Positions 43,802 through 53,751 of a stretch of 64,000 nucleotides of DNA are shown here, piece after piece. This DNA is from Candidatus Eiseniibacteriota bacterium. Its GTDB lineage: Bacteria > Eisenbacteria > RBG-16-71-46. Position 1 is the stretch's first letter, and the number at the start of each line of letters is the position of its first letter. Made by a program: the position numbers and the translations under genes. The DNA lies in the NCBI GenBank assembly GCA_041483195.1, contig JBGPFC010000002.1:32001-96000 (forward strand). Direction: 5' to 3'. Under the pieces are notes generated by a model. It searched no databases. It was not told the DNA's origin and was given only the letters and a program-made list of their open reading frames with translations.

Positions 43802-44797
43802 ATGGCGGGCGGCGGACGTCCGGGCGCGAAGGCGCTCCTCATCGGGTTCAAGATCGCGTTCAGCCTCGGCCTCATGGCATTCCTGGTCTCCCGCATCCCG
43901 CTCGACAGCCTGGGCGATGCGCTGCGCGGCGCGCGACGCGAGTGGCTGGTCGCGGCCTGGCTGCTGTTGCTCGCCAGCAATCTGATCGGCAGCTACCAGT
44001 GGGAGCGCCTGCTCGCGGCGGTCGAGATCCGGATCCCGTTCTGGAAGGTGTGCGCCTACTACCACGTCGGGCTGTTCTTCAACAATTTCCTCCCCGCGAA
44101 CATCGGCGGCGACATCGCCCGCGTCGCCGACGCCTCGCGCTACGGCCCCACCCGAGCCGCCGCGGTCTCGACCGTGATACTCGACCGTCTGATCGGAACC
44201 GTCGCGCTCGCCGGGCTCGCGCTGGTCACCACGCTGCCGGCGATCGACCACTTCCATCTGACCCTCGTCTACCTCGCGGTGGTGGGATTCTTCGCGCTGA
44301 GCGTCGGGCTGCTGTGGGCGCTGTTCCACCCGGCGCTGCTCCCGCTCGCGGAGCGCGTGCTCGCGCGGGTCGGGATGGGCGGGCTCAAGCCGCACCTCGA
44401 CGAGCTGGCGATGCGTCTGGCGCGCTTCCGTGGCCAGCGCCGGCTGTTTCTCCAGCTGATCGCCGTCGCGCTCGTCGTGCAGGTCTCACGCATCTTCGTG
44501 CACGTTCTGGTCGCGCGCGCGCTGGGGCTCTCGGTGCCGCTTCCTTACTTCTTCCTTTTCGTGCCGCTGCTCGCGGTGATAGTCTCGCTGCCCATCTCGT
44601 TGAATGGCATCGGCGTGCGGGAGGGTGCCGGCGTGGTGTTGTTCGGTCTGGTCGGCGTGAGCCGGGCCCACGCCTTCTCGCTCCAGTTCACGACCTATCT
44701 GATCGCCGTCGCGGTGAGTCTGCTCGGGGGACTCGTGTTCCTCGTGCGGATTCCCCGCCGGCGGGCGGAAGCGCGGCACACGGAGGGATCGTCCTGA
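43802..44797 (+). CDS. Lysylphosphatidylglycerol-synthase TM-domain (UPF0104/AglD2-like) flippase-like membrane protein
   Basis: GLFFNNFLPANIGGD, DRLIG, LPISLNGIGVRE; multiple TM helices. Confidence 0.85.
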   Translation: MAGGGRPGAKALLIGFKIAFSLGLMAFLVSRIPLDSLGDALRGARREWLVAAWLLLLASNLIGSYQWERLLAAVEIRIPFWKVCAYYHVGLFFNNFLPANIGGDIARVADASRYGPTRAAAVSTVILDRLIGTVALAGLALVTTLPAIDHFHLTLVYLAVVGFFALSVGLLWALFHPALLPLAERVLARVGMGGLKPHLDELAMRLARFRGQRRLFLQLIAVALVVQVSRIFVHVLVARALGLSVPLPYFFLFVPLLAVIVSLPISLNGIGVREGAGVVLFGLVGVSRAHAFSLQFTTYLIAVAVSLLGGLVFLVRIPRRRAEARHTEGSS

Positions 44798-47415
44798 TGA
44801 ATTGGAACGGGCGCGCGACAGCGGGTCTCGCGCTGATCGTGTTTCTGGTGTCCGCCGCCATCTTCATGATCACGCTCACCCCGACCGTTCCGTTCTGGGA
44901 TTCCGGCGAGTTCATCGCCGTCTCGTACATCCTCGGCATTCCGCACCCGCCCGGCACGCCGTTCTACGTGCTGCTCGGCCGGGTCGCCTCGCTCATTCCG
45001 TGGTCCGACGTCGCGCACCGCGTGAACGGCCTCTCCGCGATCTCCTCGGCGCTGGCGGTGATGATCACCTTCCTCACCGGGCTCAAGCTGATCCGCGTGT
45101 CGATGCCGCCGGAGCGCACCCGCTCGCAGGACTGGCTCGCTTACGGCGGTGCGGCGCTCGGCGCGTTCATGCTCGCGTTCTCCGACAACTTCTGGGAGAA
45201 CTCGATCGAGGCCGAGGTCTACTCGATGATGAGCCTCGCGCAGATCCTGGTGTTCTGGCTCGGCCTGAGGTGGTGGGAGGCGCACGAACGCCGCCCGACG
45301 GTCGGACCGCTGCTGGTCGCGATCTACGTCATGTGGCTGTGCGTCGGGCTCCATCTCGGCGTCGGGATGATGGGACTGCCGCTGCTGGTGCTCGCGATGC
45401 TGGTGGATCGCAAGGTGGCCGGGCTGTTCGCGATGCCCTTCCTCGCGGTGCTGCTCGTCACCTGGGGCCTCGAGCGGATGGTGGGAGGCGTGATCGTTGG
45501 CGCGGCCGCGCTCACCGTCTACTTCGCGAGCAAGAAGAAGATCCCGGGCTGGCTCGCGCTCACCTCCGCGGCCGGCTCGCTGTACGCCACCTACGTGGCG
45601 TTCAGCGACGTGGACTTCACGCCCGGCAGCGCGCTGATCGCGGCGGCCTCGGTGCTGGCTCCGATGATCGCGCTCGCGCGCAAGGCGCGCGAGGGCCGCA
45701 TCCTCCTGCTCGCGCTCTTCCTCATGACGGTCGGCTACTCGACGCACCTCTACCTGCCGATCCGGGCCGCGCAGCACCCGGCGATCAACGAGGGCAATCC
45801 GTCGAACTGGGAACGGATGCGCGATCTGCTCGAGCGCAAGCAGTACGGCTCGTCCAGCATGTTCGTGCGGCGCGGGCCGCTGTCGGCCCAGCTCGACAAG
45901 GAATTCTGGCGCTATTTCCAGCGTCAGTGGCCGCTGATGCCGGCGGGGCGCCCCTGGGTCGCCTCGCTGCTGCCGCTGCTGCTGGGCGTCGCGGGGGCGG
46001 TGTGGCACGCGCGGCGCAACCGAACATCTTTCCTAACGTGCGGCGTGCTGTTCGCGTTCGCGACCGCCGGCATGATCGTGTTTCTCAACTTCACCGATCA
46101 CGAGGTCCGCGACCGCGACTACTTCTTCACGACCGGCTACCACTGGTATGCGCTGTGGATCGGCATGGGTGGAGTATGGCTGGCCGGCTGGGTGCGCGAG
46201 TCGTTCGCGCCGGGCCGCATGCGGGGAGTCGCGACCGGATCCACCGCCGCGGTGCTCATGCTGCTGCCTGCGCTGCTCTGCAAGAACCTCTGGTTCATGC
46301 ACGACCGCAGCGGGAACTACGTCGCGCACGACTACGCGTACAACATGCTGGCGCCGCTGGCCCCCAATTCGTACGTCTTCACCAACGGAGACAACGATAC
46401 GTTCCCGCTCTGGTACATGCAGGAGGTCGAGCACTGGCGCAAGGACGTGCGGGTCGTGAACCTGAGCCTGCTGAACACCGACTGGTACATCCGGCAGCTG
46501 CGCGACGAGACGCCGCGGGTGCCGATGTCGGTCGACGATCGCACCGTCGACATGCTCGGCCGCGGCGCCGTGCAGGACACCAGCGGACGGATCCTCTACA
46601 CCAACCAGTTCATGGTGCAGCACATCGTCCAGCAGAGCCACCGGCCCGATGGCGCGGGCTGGATCAAGCAGCCCTACTTCGCCGTGACGGTGCCCGATCA
46701 GATGGGGCTCACGCCCTACTTCACGCTCGAGGGCCTGGTCTACCGCGTGAACACCGACAGCCTGCAGGGGGTGTTCGACGCGGAGCGCACGCGCAAGTCG
46801 CTCTACGACGATTTCAAATATCGCGGGCTGTTCCTCAAGGACGGTTCGTGGGACTCGACCGTGTACAAGGACGAGAACGCCTCGACGCTCACGCGCAACT
46901 ACATGGCGGCGCACCTGCAGCTCGCGTTCTACTACCGGCACCACGACGATCTGGGGCGCGCGATCGCCGAGATGGAGCGCGTGAGCCGCATGTTCCCGGA
47001 CTTCATCGAGGCCCAGATCCCGCTCGGCGGCTTCTACCTCGACCACGGGGATACCGCGAAGGCGATCGAGTTGTTCGCGCGACTCGCGCGGCTCCACCCG
47101 GAAAATCCCGAGGCGCGCTACTACTACGGCGTCACCCGGATCTACCGGGGCGACCTCGAGGGCGGCATCCGCGAGTTCGACGCCGCGATCCAGGATGAGC
47201 CCAACTACAACATGGCGTATTACGCGGCGTACTCGATGCTGTGGGAACGGGGCCAGCGCGAGCGCGCCCTGACCTACCTCGAGCGCTGGCTCTCGCTGCA
47301 TCCCGACGACGCGCAGGCGCGCGCGCTGCTGGAGGGCCAGCGCCAGGGAGCCGGCGCCGTGCCGCGCCGCAACGCGCCGCCTCCGCCTCCGACCCGGATC
47401 CCGGGCCTGCCCTGA
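44797..47415 (+). CDS. DUF2723 (TMEM260-like) GT-C membrane glycosyltransferase with C-terminal TPRs
   Basis: PTVPFWDSGEFI..LGIPHPPGTPFY, EAEVY, EVRDRDYFF, FTNGDNDTFPLWY, VVNLSLLNTDWY; TPR-like tail. Confidence 0.9.
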   Translation: MNWNGRATAGLALIVFLVSAAIFMITLTPTVPFWDSGEFIAVSYILGIPHPPGTPFYVLLGRVASLIPWSDVAHRVNGLSAISSALAVMITFLTGLKLIRVSMPPERTRSQDWLAYGGAALGAFMLAFSDNFWENSIEAEVYSMMSLAQILVFWLGLRWWEAHERRPTVGPLLVAIYVMWLCVGLHLGVGMMGLPLLVLAMLVDRKVAGLFAMPFLAVLLVTWGLERMVGGVIVGAAALTVYFASKKKIPGWLALTSAAGSLYATYVAFSDVDFTPGSALIAAASVLAPMIALARKAREGRILLLALFLMTVGYSTHLYLPIRAAQHPAINEGNPSNWERMRDLLERKQYGSSSMFVRRGPLSAQLDKEFWRYFQRQWPLMPAGRPWVASLLPLLLGVAGAVWHARRNRTSFLTCGVLFAFATAGMIVFLNFTDHEVRDRDYFFTTGYHWYALWIGMGGVWLAGWVRESFAPGRMRGVATGSTAAVLMLLPALLCKNLWFMHDRSGNYVAHDYAYNMLAPLAPNSYVFTNGDNDTFPLWYMQEVEHWRKDVRVVNLSLLNTDWYIRQLRDETPRVPMSVDDRTVDMLGRGAVQDTSGRILYTNQFMVQHIVQQSHRPDGAGWIKQPYFAVTVPDQMGLTPYFTLEGLVYRVNTDSLQGVFDAERTRKSLYDDFKYRGLFLKDGSWDSTVYKDENASTLTRNYMAAHLQLAFYYRHHDDLGRAIAEMERVSRMFPDFIEAQIPLGGFYLDHGDTAKAIELFARLARLHPENPEARYYYGVTRIYRGDLEGGIREFDAAIQDEPNYNMAYYAAYSMLWERGQRERALTYLERWLSLHPDDAQARALLEGQRQGAGAVPRRNAPPPPPTRIPGLP

Positions 47416-47429
47416 TCGGGCGCCCCTCC

Positions 47430-48389
47430 ATGGCCGAAACGCACGCGCTGGTGACCGGGGCCGCCGGCTTCATCGGCTCGCACCTGGTCGAGCGGCTGCT
47501 GCGCGAGGGGGCGCGCGTGACCGGAGTGGACTGCTTCACCGACTACTACGATCCCGCGCTCAAGCGCCGCAATCTCGAGGCCGCGCGCGCCGATCCGCGC
47601 TTCGCGCTGCTCGAGCTCGACCTGGGCGCCGCCGACCTCGCGACGCTTCCCGAGGTGGGCGTCGTATTCCACCAGGCGGCGCAGCCGGGGGTGCGGGCAT
47701 CCTGGGGCCGGGAGTTCGCGGCCTACGTCCATCACAACGTGCTCGCGACGCAGCGGCTGCTCGAGCGCTACCGGCAGGCGCCGCTCGAGCGATTCGTGTA
47801 CGCATCTTCGTCTTCGGTCTACGGCGACGCGGAGCGCTTTCCCACCGACGAGCTGCTGCTGCCGCGCCCGTTCTCGCCGTACGGCGTGACCAAGCTGGCT
47901 GGCGAACACCTCGCGCTGCTCTACGGGCGCAACTTCGGGCTCCCGGTGACGGCGTTGCGCTACTTCACGGTGTACGGCCCGCGCCAGCGCCCCGACATGG
48001 CGTTTCATCGTTTCTGCCGCGCCCTGCTGCAGGGCGAGGAGATCGTCGTGTACGGCGACGGCCGGCAGTCGCGGGATTTCACGTTCATCGACGACGCGAT
48101 CGAGGCCAATCTCCGTGCCTGGCGGCGCGCGAGCCCGCAGGGTGTGTACAATGTGGGGGGCGGGTCGCAGGTCGATGTGCTGGAGGCGATCACGATGCTC
48201 GAGCGCGCGCTCGGACGCGCGGCGCGTCTGCGATTCGAGCCGCGTCCGCCCGGCGATCCCCTGCGCACGCGCGCCGATGCGTCGCGCATCTCGCAGGAGC
48301 TCGGCTTCGTGCCGGCGGTGCCGATCGACCGCGGGCTGGCCGCGGAGGCGGAGTGGGCCAGGCAGCTCTACGCGAGGAGCGTCGCTTGA
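47430..48389 (+). CDS. NAD-dependent nucleotide-sugar epimerase/dehydratase (UDP-glucuronate 4-epimerase-like)
   Basis: TGAAGFIG, AAQPGVR, SSSSVYG, YGVTK, FTVYGPRQRPDMA. Confidence 0.9.
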   Translation: MAETHALVTGAAGFIGSHLVERLLREGARVTGVDCFTDYYDPALKRRNLEAARADPRFALLELDLGAADLATLPEVGVVFHQAAQPGVRASWGREFAAYVHHNVLATQRLLERYRQAPLERFVYASSSSVYGDAERFPTDELLLPRPFSPYGVTKLAGEHLALLYGRNFGLPVTALRYFTVYGPRQRPDMAFHRFCRALLQGEEIVVYGDGRQSRDFTFIDDAIEANLRAWRRASPQGVYNVGGGSQVDVLEAITMLERALGRAARLRFEPRPPGDPLRTRADASRISQELGFVPAVPIDRGLAAEAEWARQLYARSVA

Positions 48390-49333
48390 GCGAGACGCCG
48401 TTCATCACGGTGCTGGTGCCGGCGTACAACGAGGCCGAGAGCGTGCCCGTGCTGCAGGCCGAGCTCGCGGCCGCACTCGATGCGCTGGGCCGTCCCTGGG
48501 AAGCGCTCTGGGTGGACGACGGCTCGCGCGACGGGACCGACGCGGCGATCGCCGCGATCGCCGCCGCCGACCCCCGGGTGCGCGGCGTCTCGCTGCGGCG
48601 CAATTTCGGAAAGTCCGCTGCGCTCGCGACCGGCTTCAAGCTCGCGCGCGGCGAATGGATCGTCACCATGGATGCCGACCTGCAGGACGATCCCGCCGAG
48701 CTGCCGCGCCTGATCGAAGCGCTCGAATCGGGCCACGATCTGGTCTCGGGCTGGAAGCTGAACCGCCAGGACCCGATCTCGAAGACCGTGCCCTCGCGCC
48801 TCTTCAACGCGGTGACGTCGTGGGTCGCCGGCGTGCGCCTGCACGACTTCAACTGCGGGTTCAAGCTCTACCGGCGAGAGGTGACGCTCGCGATCGAAGT
48901 CTACGGCGAGTTCCACCGCTTCATGCCGGCGCTCGCGCACTGGGCGGGATTCCGGGTCGCCGAGGTCGCCGTGCGCCATCGCCCGCGCCGCTTCGGGAAG
49001 AGCAAGTTCGGTCCCGCGCGCTTCGTGAACGGCTTCCTCGATCTCATGAGCGCCGCGTTCATCTCGACCTCGGCCCTCAAGCCGCTGCATGTGTTCGGGC
49101 GCATCGGCCTGCTGTTCCTGCTCGCGGGCTTCGGGATCGGCGCGTGGTTCGTCGCGCTGTGGCTGGGGGGCGAGCCGATGCGCGTCCGCCCGCTCATGCT
49201 GTTCGGCACGGGACTGGTGCTGCTCGGGATTCAGTTCATCCTGATGGGCCTGCTCGGCGAGATGATCGCCCACCTGGGCGCGCACGCGAGCTATCCGGTG
49301 CGCCGCCGCTACAATCTGGGCGAGGAGGCATGA
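48386..49333 (+). CDS. GT2 polyprenol-phosphate glycosyltransferase (ArnC/GtrB-like)
   Basis: PAYNE, VDDGSRD, RNFGKSAAL, DADLQDDP, DFNCGFKLYR; two C-terminal TM helices. Confidence 0.9.
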   Translation: MSETPFITVLVPAYNEAESVPVLQAELAAALDALGRPWEALWVDDGSRDGTDAAIAAIAAADPRVRGVSLRRNFGKSAALATGFKLARGEWIVTMDADLQDDPAELPRLIEALESGHDLVSGWKLNRQDPISKTVPSRLFNAVTSWVAGVRLHDFNCGFKLYRREVTLAIEVYGEFHRFMPALAHWAGFRVAEVAVRHRPRRFGKSKFGPARFVNGFLDLMSAAFISTSALKPLHVFGRIGLLFLLAGFGIGAWFVALWLGGEPMRVRPLMLFGTGLVLLGIQFILMGLLGEMIAHLGAHASYPVRRRYNLGEEA

Positions 49334-50022
49334 AGGCCTTCGTGCTCGCGGGCGGCATGGGCACGCGTCTCAAGTCGCGGTTCGGCGACCTGCCGAAGCC
49401 GCTCGCCCCGATCGGCGGCCGGCCATTTCTCGCGCGTCAGCTCGAGTGGCTCGGCGCGCGCGGGGTCCGGGAAGTCGTGGTGTGCGCGGGCTACGGCGCC
49501 GACCAGCTGCTGGGCGCGCTCGGCGATGGCCGCGCGCATGGCGTGCACATCGCGTGGTCGGTCGAGGCCGAGCCGCTCGGAACCGGCGGCGCGCTGCGGC
49601 TCGCGGGGAGCCACGTGAACGGCCCGGCGCTGGTGGTGAACGGCGACACGCTCCCCGATTGCGATCCGCTCGCGCTCGAGCGCGAGCGCTGGGAGCACGG
49701 CGCGCTGGGCGCGGTCGCGCTGTTCGAGGTGGCCGACGCGCGTGCGCGCGGCCGCGTCGAGTGCGACGCCGATGGCGTGATCGTTCGGTTCGTCGAGAAG
49801 GACGCGGCGTCGAGCGGCGCGGCCTGGGTGAACGGCGGGCTCTACGCGTTCGCGGCCGCGCTGTGGCGGCACCTGCCGGCCGGCGTCTCGTCGCTCGAGC
49901 GCGACGTGCTGCCGGAGCTCGCCGCAGCGGGCCGACTGCGCGGCTTCCGGAGCGCTGGCACGTTCTTCGACATCGGCACGCCCGATGAGTGGGAGCGGGC
50001 CGAGCGGCACTTCGCCTCATGA
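49330..50022 (+). CDS. hddC: Sugar-1-phosphate nucleotidyltransferase (HddC-like heptose-1-P guanylyltransferase)
   Basis: LAGGMGTRL..PKPLAPI, EPLGTGGAL, NGDT, SLERD, FFDIGTP; adjacent to an HddA-like kinase. Confidence 0.75.
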   Translation: MKAFVLAGGMGTRLKSRFGDLPKPLAPIGGRPFLARQLEWLGARGVREVVVCAGYGADQLLGALGDGRAHGVHIAWSVEAEPLGTGGALRLAGSHVNGPALVVNGDTLPDCDPLALERERWEHGALGAVALFEVADARARGRVECDADGVIVRFVEKDAASSGAAWVNGGLYAFAAALWRHLPAGVSSLERDVLPELAAAGRLRGFRSAGTFFDIGTPDEWERAERHFAS

Positions 50023-51047
50023 GGGCCCCGCACTATTTTCGCGCGCGCGCCCCGCTCCGGCTCTCGTTCTGCGGTGGAGGCACCGACGTCTCGCCGTATC
50101 CCGAGGAGCACGGGGGGATGGTGCTCTCGGCGACCATCAACCAGTACGCCCACGCCTCGCTGCGCCCGCGCCGCGACTCGCGTCTCACGCTCGCGAGCCT
50201 CGACTACGACGTGGTCGCGAAATACGACCATCCACGGCGGCTCAAGCTCGACGGCAGCCTCGATCTCATCAAGGCGGTGGTGCGTGCGTTCAAGGTGCGC
50301 CGCGGCGCCGACGTGTGGGTGCACAGCGACGCGCCGCCGGGCTCCGGGCTCGGCTCCTCGAGCACGCTGGTGGTCGCGCTGATCGGCGTCCTGAGCGAAT
50401 GGCTGAAGCGTCCGCTCTCGGGCTACGAGGCCGCGGAGCTGGCGTACCGCATCGAGCGCGTCGATCTCGGCCTCGCCGGCGGGCGGCAGGACCAGTACGC
50501 GGCCGCCTTCGGCGGCTTCAACTTCATCGAGTTTCACCGCGACTCGACCATCGTGAACCCGCTGCGCATCCCGCGCGCGGTGCTGCACGAGCTCGAGTAC
50601 CGCCTGCTGCTCTGCTACATGGGGCAGACGCGGCAGTCGGCGCGCATCATCGAACGCCAGACCGCTTCCTACCGCCAGGGCAAGCCCCAGGTGCTCGAGG
50701 CGCTCGAGCGGCTCAAGCGCGAGACGCTCGAGATGAAGAAGGCGCTGCTGCTCGGCGAGGTGGACGCGATCGGGGAGCTGCTGCACGAGGCGTGGGAGAA
50801 CAAGAAGCGTCTCGACGAAAGCATCTCGAACACCCGCGTCGACCGGCTCTATCGGCTCGCGCGCCGTGAGGGGGCAATCGGCGGCAAGATGCCGGGCGCC
50901 GGGGGCGGCGGATATTTTCTCCTGCTCACGCGCTTCGACCGCAAGCATCGCGTGGCGGCCGCGCTCGAGACGCACGGCGGGCAGGTGGTTCCGTTTCAGT
51001 TCGAGGCCCGCGGGCTCCAGACCTGGTCGTCGCCTCGCGCGCGCTGA
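50019..51047 (+). CDS. hddA: GHMP kinase, D-glycero-D-manno-heptose-7-phosphate kinase-like
   Basis: RAPLRLSFCGGGTD, PPGSGLGSSS, GGRQDQYAAAFGGFN, GAGGGG. Confidence 0.82.
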   Translation: MRAPHYFRARAPLRLSFCGGGTDVSPYPEEHGGMVLSATINQYAHASLRPRRDSRLTLASLDYDVVAKYDHPRRLKLDGSLDLIKAVVRAFKVRRGADVWVHSDAPPGSGLGSSSTLVVALIGVLSEWLKRPLSGYEAAELAYRIERVDLGLAGGRQDQYAAAFGGFNFIEFHRDSTIVNPLRIPRAVLHELEYRLLLCYMGQTRQSARIIERQTASYRQGKPQVLEALERLKRETLEMKKALLLGEVDAIGELLHEAWENKKRLDESISNTRVDRLYRLARREGAIGGKMPGAGGGGYFLLLTRFDRKHRVAAALETHGGQVVPFQFEARGLQTWSSPRAR

Positions 51048-51049
51048 CC

Positions 51050-52198
51050 ATGCGCATCGCGCTGCTCGGTCCCGTGGCACCCTGGCGTGGCGGGCTCGCG
51101 CAGTACCTCGCGCTGCTGGGCGAGGCGCTGATGCCGGTCGCGGAGGTGCGGGGCGTGACCTTCACCCGGCAGTATCCCGGCTTCCTGTTTCCGGGGCAGA
51201 GCCAGCTCGACCCGTCCGCCGAGCGGCCGCGATTCCCGGTGGTGGCGCTGCTCGATTCGATCGATCCCCTCTCATGGCGCCGCGCCGCCGCGCAGCTCGA
51301 ACGGTTCGCGCCCGGCGCGGTGATCCTCAAGTGGTGGCTCCCCTTCTTCGGACCGGCGTTCGCATCGGCGGTCGGTCCGCTGCGGCGCCGCGGCACGCGC
51401 GTGGTGCTGGTGTGCGACAATCTGGTTCCGCATGAGAGACGTCCGCTCGACCGGGAGCTCACGGCCTGGATGCTTCGGAATTCCGACGGATACCTGGTGA
51501 TGAGCGAGAGCGTGGAGCGCGACCTCGACCGGTTGAAGCCCGGCGCGGCGCGCCGCCGCGTGCTGCATCCGCTGTACGCGCAGTTCGACCGCGGGCGGTG
51601 GACGCGCGCGAGCGCGCGCGCGATGCTGGGGCTCGCGCCCGACGCCGAGGTCGCGCTGTTCTTCGGCTACGTCCGGCATTACAAGGGACTCGACACGCTG
51701 CTCGCCGCGTGGCCGGCGGTGCGCGCGCGGCGTCCGGTGACGCTGCTGGTCGCCGGCGAGTTCTACGAGGACGCTGCGCCCTATCGCGCGCTCGCTCAGG
51801 CCGCGGGCGGTGAGCCCGGCGTGCGGCTGCTCGATCGCTACCTGCCCGACGCGGAGGTCGAGGCGGTGTTCAAGGCGGCGGACGTCGCGGTGCTGCCCTA
51901 TCGGTCCGCCACGCAGAGCGGCGTCACGCACGTCGCCTATGCGCTCGGCGTTCCGGTGATCACCACCGACGTGGGCGGGCTCGCCGAAACCGTGATCCCC
52001 GGGGAGACCGGCCTGGTGGTGCCGCCGGAGAACCCGGCGGCGATCGCGGACGCCGTCGTGCGCTTCTTCGAGCGCGGCATGGGGCCGGCGCTGCGAGAGG
52101 GCGTCGACCGGTTGCGCCACGCGCACTCGTGGGACGCGCTCGCCACCCGGACGCTCGAGCTGGTGGACGCGCTCGCGCCGGAGCGGGGATGGCGATGA
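51050..52198 (+). CDS. Glycosyltransferase family 4
   Basis: PWRGGLAQY, FFGYVRHYKGLD, LPYRSATQSGV, TDVGGLAE. Confidence 0.9.
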   Translation: MRIALLGPVAPWRGGLAQYLALLGEALMPVAEVRGVTFTRQYPGFLFPGQSQLDPSAERPRFPVVALLDSIDPLSWRRAAAQLERFAPGAVILKWWLPFFGPAFASAVGPLRRRGTRVVLVCDNLVPHERRPLDRELTAWMLRNSDGYLVMSESVERDLDRLKPGAARRRVLHPLYAQFDRGRWTRASARAMLGLAPDAEVALFFGYVRHYKGLDTLLAAWPAVRARRPVTLLVAGEFYEDAAPYRALAQAAGGEPGVRLLDRYLPDAEVEAVFKAADVAVLPYRSATQSGVTHVAYALGVPVITTDVGGLAETVIPGETGLVVPPENPAAIADAVVRFFERGMGPALREGVDRLRHAHSWDALATRTLELVDALAPERGWR

Positions 52199-53751
52199 AG
52201 GGGCCGGTGGGAAGCCCGCGCGCGACGGCGCTCGCGATCGGCCTCGCCGTGTTCTGGATCTACGCGCTCACCGGCGGCGGACGCATCGTGGGCAGCGACG
52301 AGATCGCGATGTTCGACCTCTCGCGCGCGATGCTGCACGGGCACATCGATGTTCCCGAGAGTTCGACCCTCAAGGGCGTAGGCGGGCGTTTCTACACGAA
52401 GAATGCCGCCGGGCAGGCGGTGATCGCGCTCCCCATCGTCGCCCTCGCGGAGGGCGCGGCCCGGGCGAGCGGACTTCCCGCCGCCGGCCGCGAGCTCGCC
52501 GCCCGATTCGTCGTCTCATTCTTCAACGCAGCGGTCGCAGCCCTGCTCATCGGACTGTTCTATCTCGGCGCTCGCCGGCTGGGCATCGGAGCGCGCCCCG
52601 CGCTTGGCGCAGCCGCGATGCTGGCCTTCACGACGCCGCTCTGGGTGTACTCGAAGAGCTTCATGGCGGAGCCGCTCGAGGCGCTGGGACTCCTGCTGGT
52701 TTGCGTCGATGCGGCCCGAGCCCGGGCGAATGAGACTCGCGACGCGCGTTACGCCGGGATCGGTGCGTGCCTCGCGATCTCGGTCAAGCTCAGCATGCTG
52801 GCGCCGGCGCTCGTTCTGTGCGCGACGATCCTGGGGTCGCGTCCTCGTCTGTGGGTCTGGCCGGCGATCGGGATCGCCATCGCGCTTGCCGGACATGCGT
52901 TCTACGACCTGAAGCGATCGGGCGCCGTGCTCGCGACCGGCTACGGTGCACAGGCGACCCCGGCCGCGTACACGACGCCCCTGCTCGTCGGTCTCTACGG
53001 ATTGCTGCTCTCGTCCGGCAAGGGCGTGATGTGGTTTGCGCCGGTGCTGTGGCTCGTACCCCGTGGCTGGTCGGCCATGAGCCGCGGGGGAGCGCACCGC
53101 GCCGACGCGCCGCTGCGGCGCCGCGCAGCGTGGTACGCGGGGTGGGGGATCCTCCTGGCATGCGTCGCGTGCCTGGCGCTCTACGCGAAGTTTCAGCACT
53201 GGGCCGGCGACGGCTCGTGGGGGCCGCGCTATCTCGTGCCGCTCCTCCCGCTTGCGTTCCTCGCCGTCGCGTTCGCGCTCCATGGCGCCTCGCGCAATCG
53301 GCGCCGGCTCGCGTGGGCGCTCGCGCTGGCCGGGCTGATCGTGCAGATCGGCGGCGTGTCGATTTATTTTGGAGCGCAGATGCGCGAGGCGGGCGATTAC
53401 CCGTACCGCGTTCCACTCGAAGATCCACGCTCGATGAGCGACAGCCATTTCAATCCGGCGTTCAGCCCGATCGCCGCGCACTGGGGCATGCTCGCCCGCA
53501 ACGCGGGGGAGCATCTGCGGGGCGCCGCGCCGCGGCTCTCGGGCGGGGGCGAGGTCGACCCGCGGCTGGGCGTGAGCGCGGCCGACCAGCGGCAGCTGCT
53601 TCACGCCCTCGATTTCTGGTGGGCCTACATGGGCTACGCCGGCATCGCGCGCGGCGCGATTCTCGGCGCGATCGGAGTGCTGCTCGCGCTCGCGGGGGCC
53701 GCGCTGATCGTGCTGCGCCGGGCGCTCGCGGCCGAGGCCCGCGCGGGATGA
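52195..53751 (+). CDS. Polytopic membrane protein, probable GT-C (PMT-like) glycosyltransferase
   Basis: Acidic SDE motif in the first external loop, about 10 TM segments, SWGPRYLVP motif. Confidence 0.65.
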   Translation: MKGPVGSPRATALAIGLAVFWIYALTGGGRIVGSDEIAMFDLSRAMLHGHIDVPESSTLKGVGGRFYTKNAAGQAVIALPIVALAEGAARASGLPAAGRELAARFVVSFFNAAVAALLIGLFYLGARRLGIGARPALGAAAMLAFTTPLWVYSKSFMAEPLEALGLLLVCVDAARARANETRDARYAGIGACLAISVKLSMLAPALVLCATILGSRPRLWVWPAIGIAIALAGHAFYDLKRSGAVLATGYGAQATPAAYTTPLLVGLYGLLLSSGKGVMWFAPVLWLVPRGWSAMSRGGAHRADAPLRRRAAWYAGWGILLACVACLALYAKFQHWAGDGSWGPRYLVPLLPLAFLAVAFALHGASRNRRRLAWALALAGLIVQIGGVSIYFGAQMREAGDYPYRVPLEDPRSMSDSHFNPAFSPIAAHWGMLARNAGEHLRGAAPRLSGGGEVDPRLGVSAADQRQLLHALDFWWAYMGYAGIARGAILGAIGVLLALAGAALIVLRRALAAEARAG

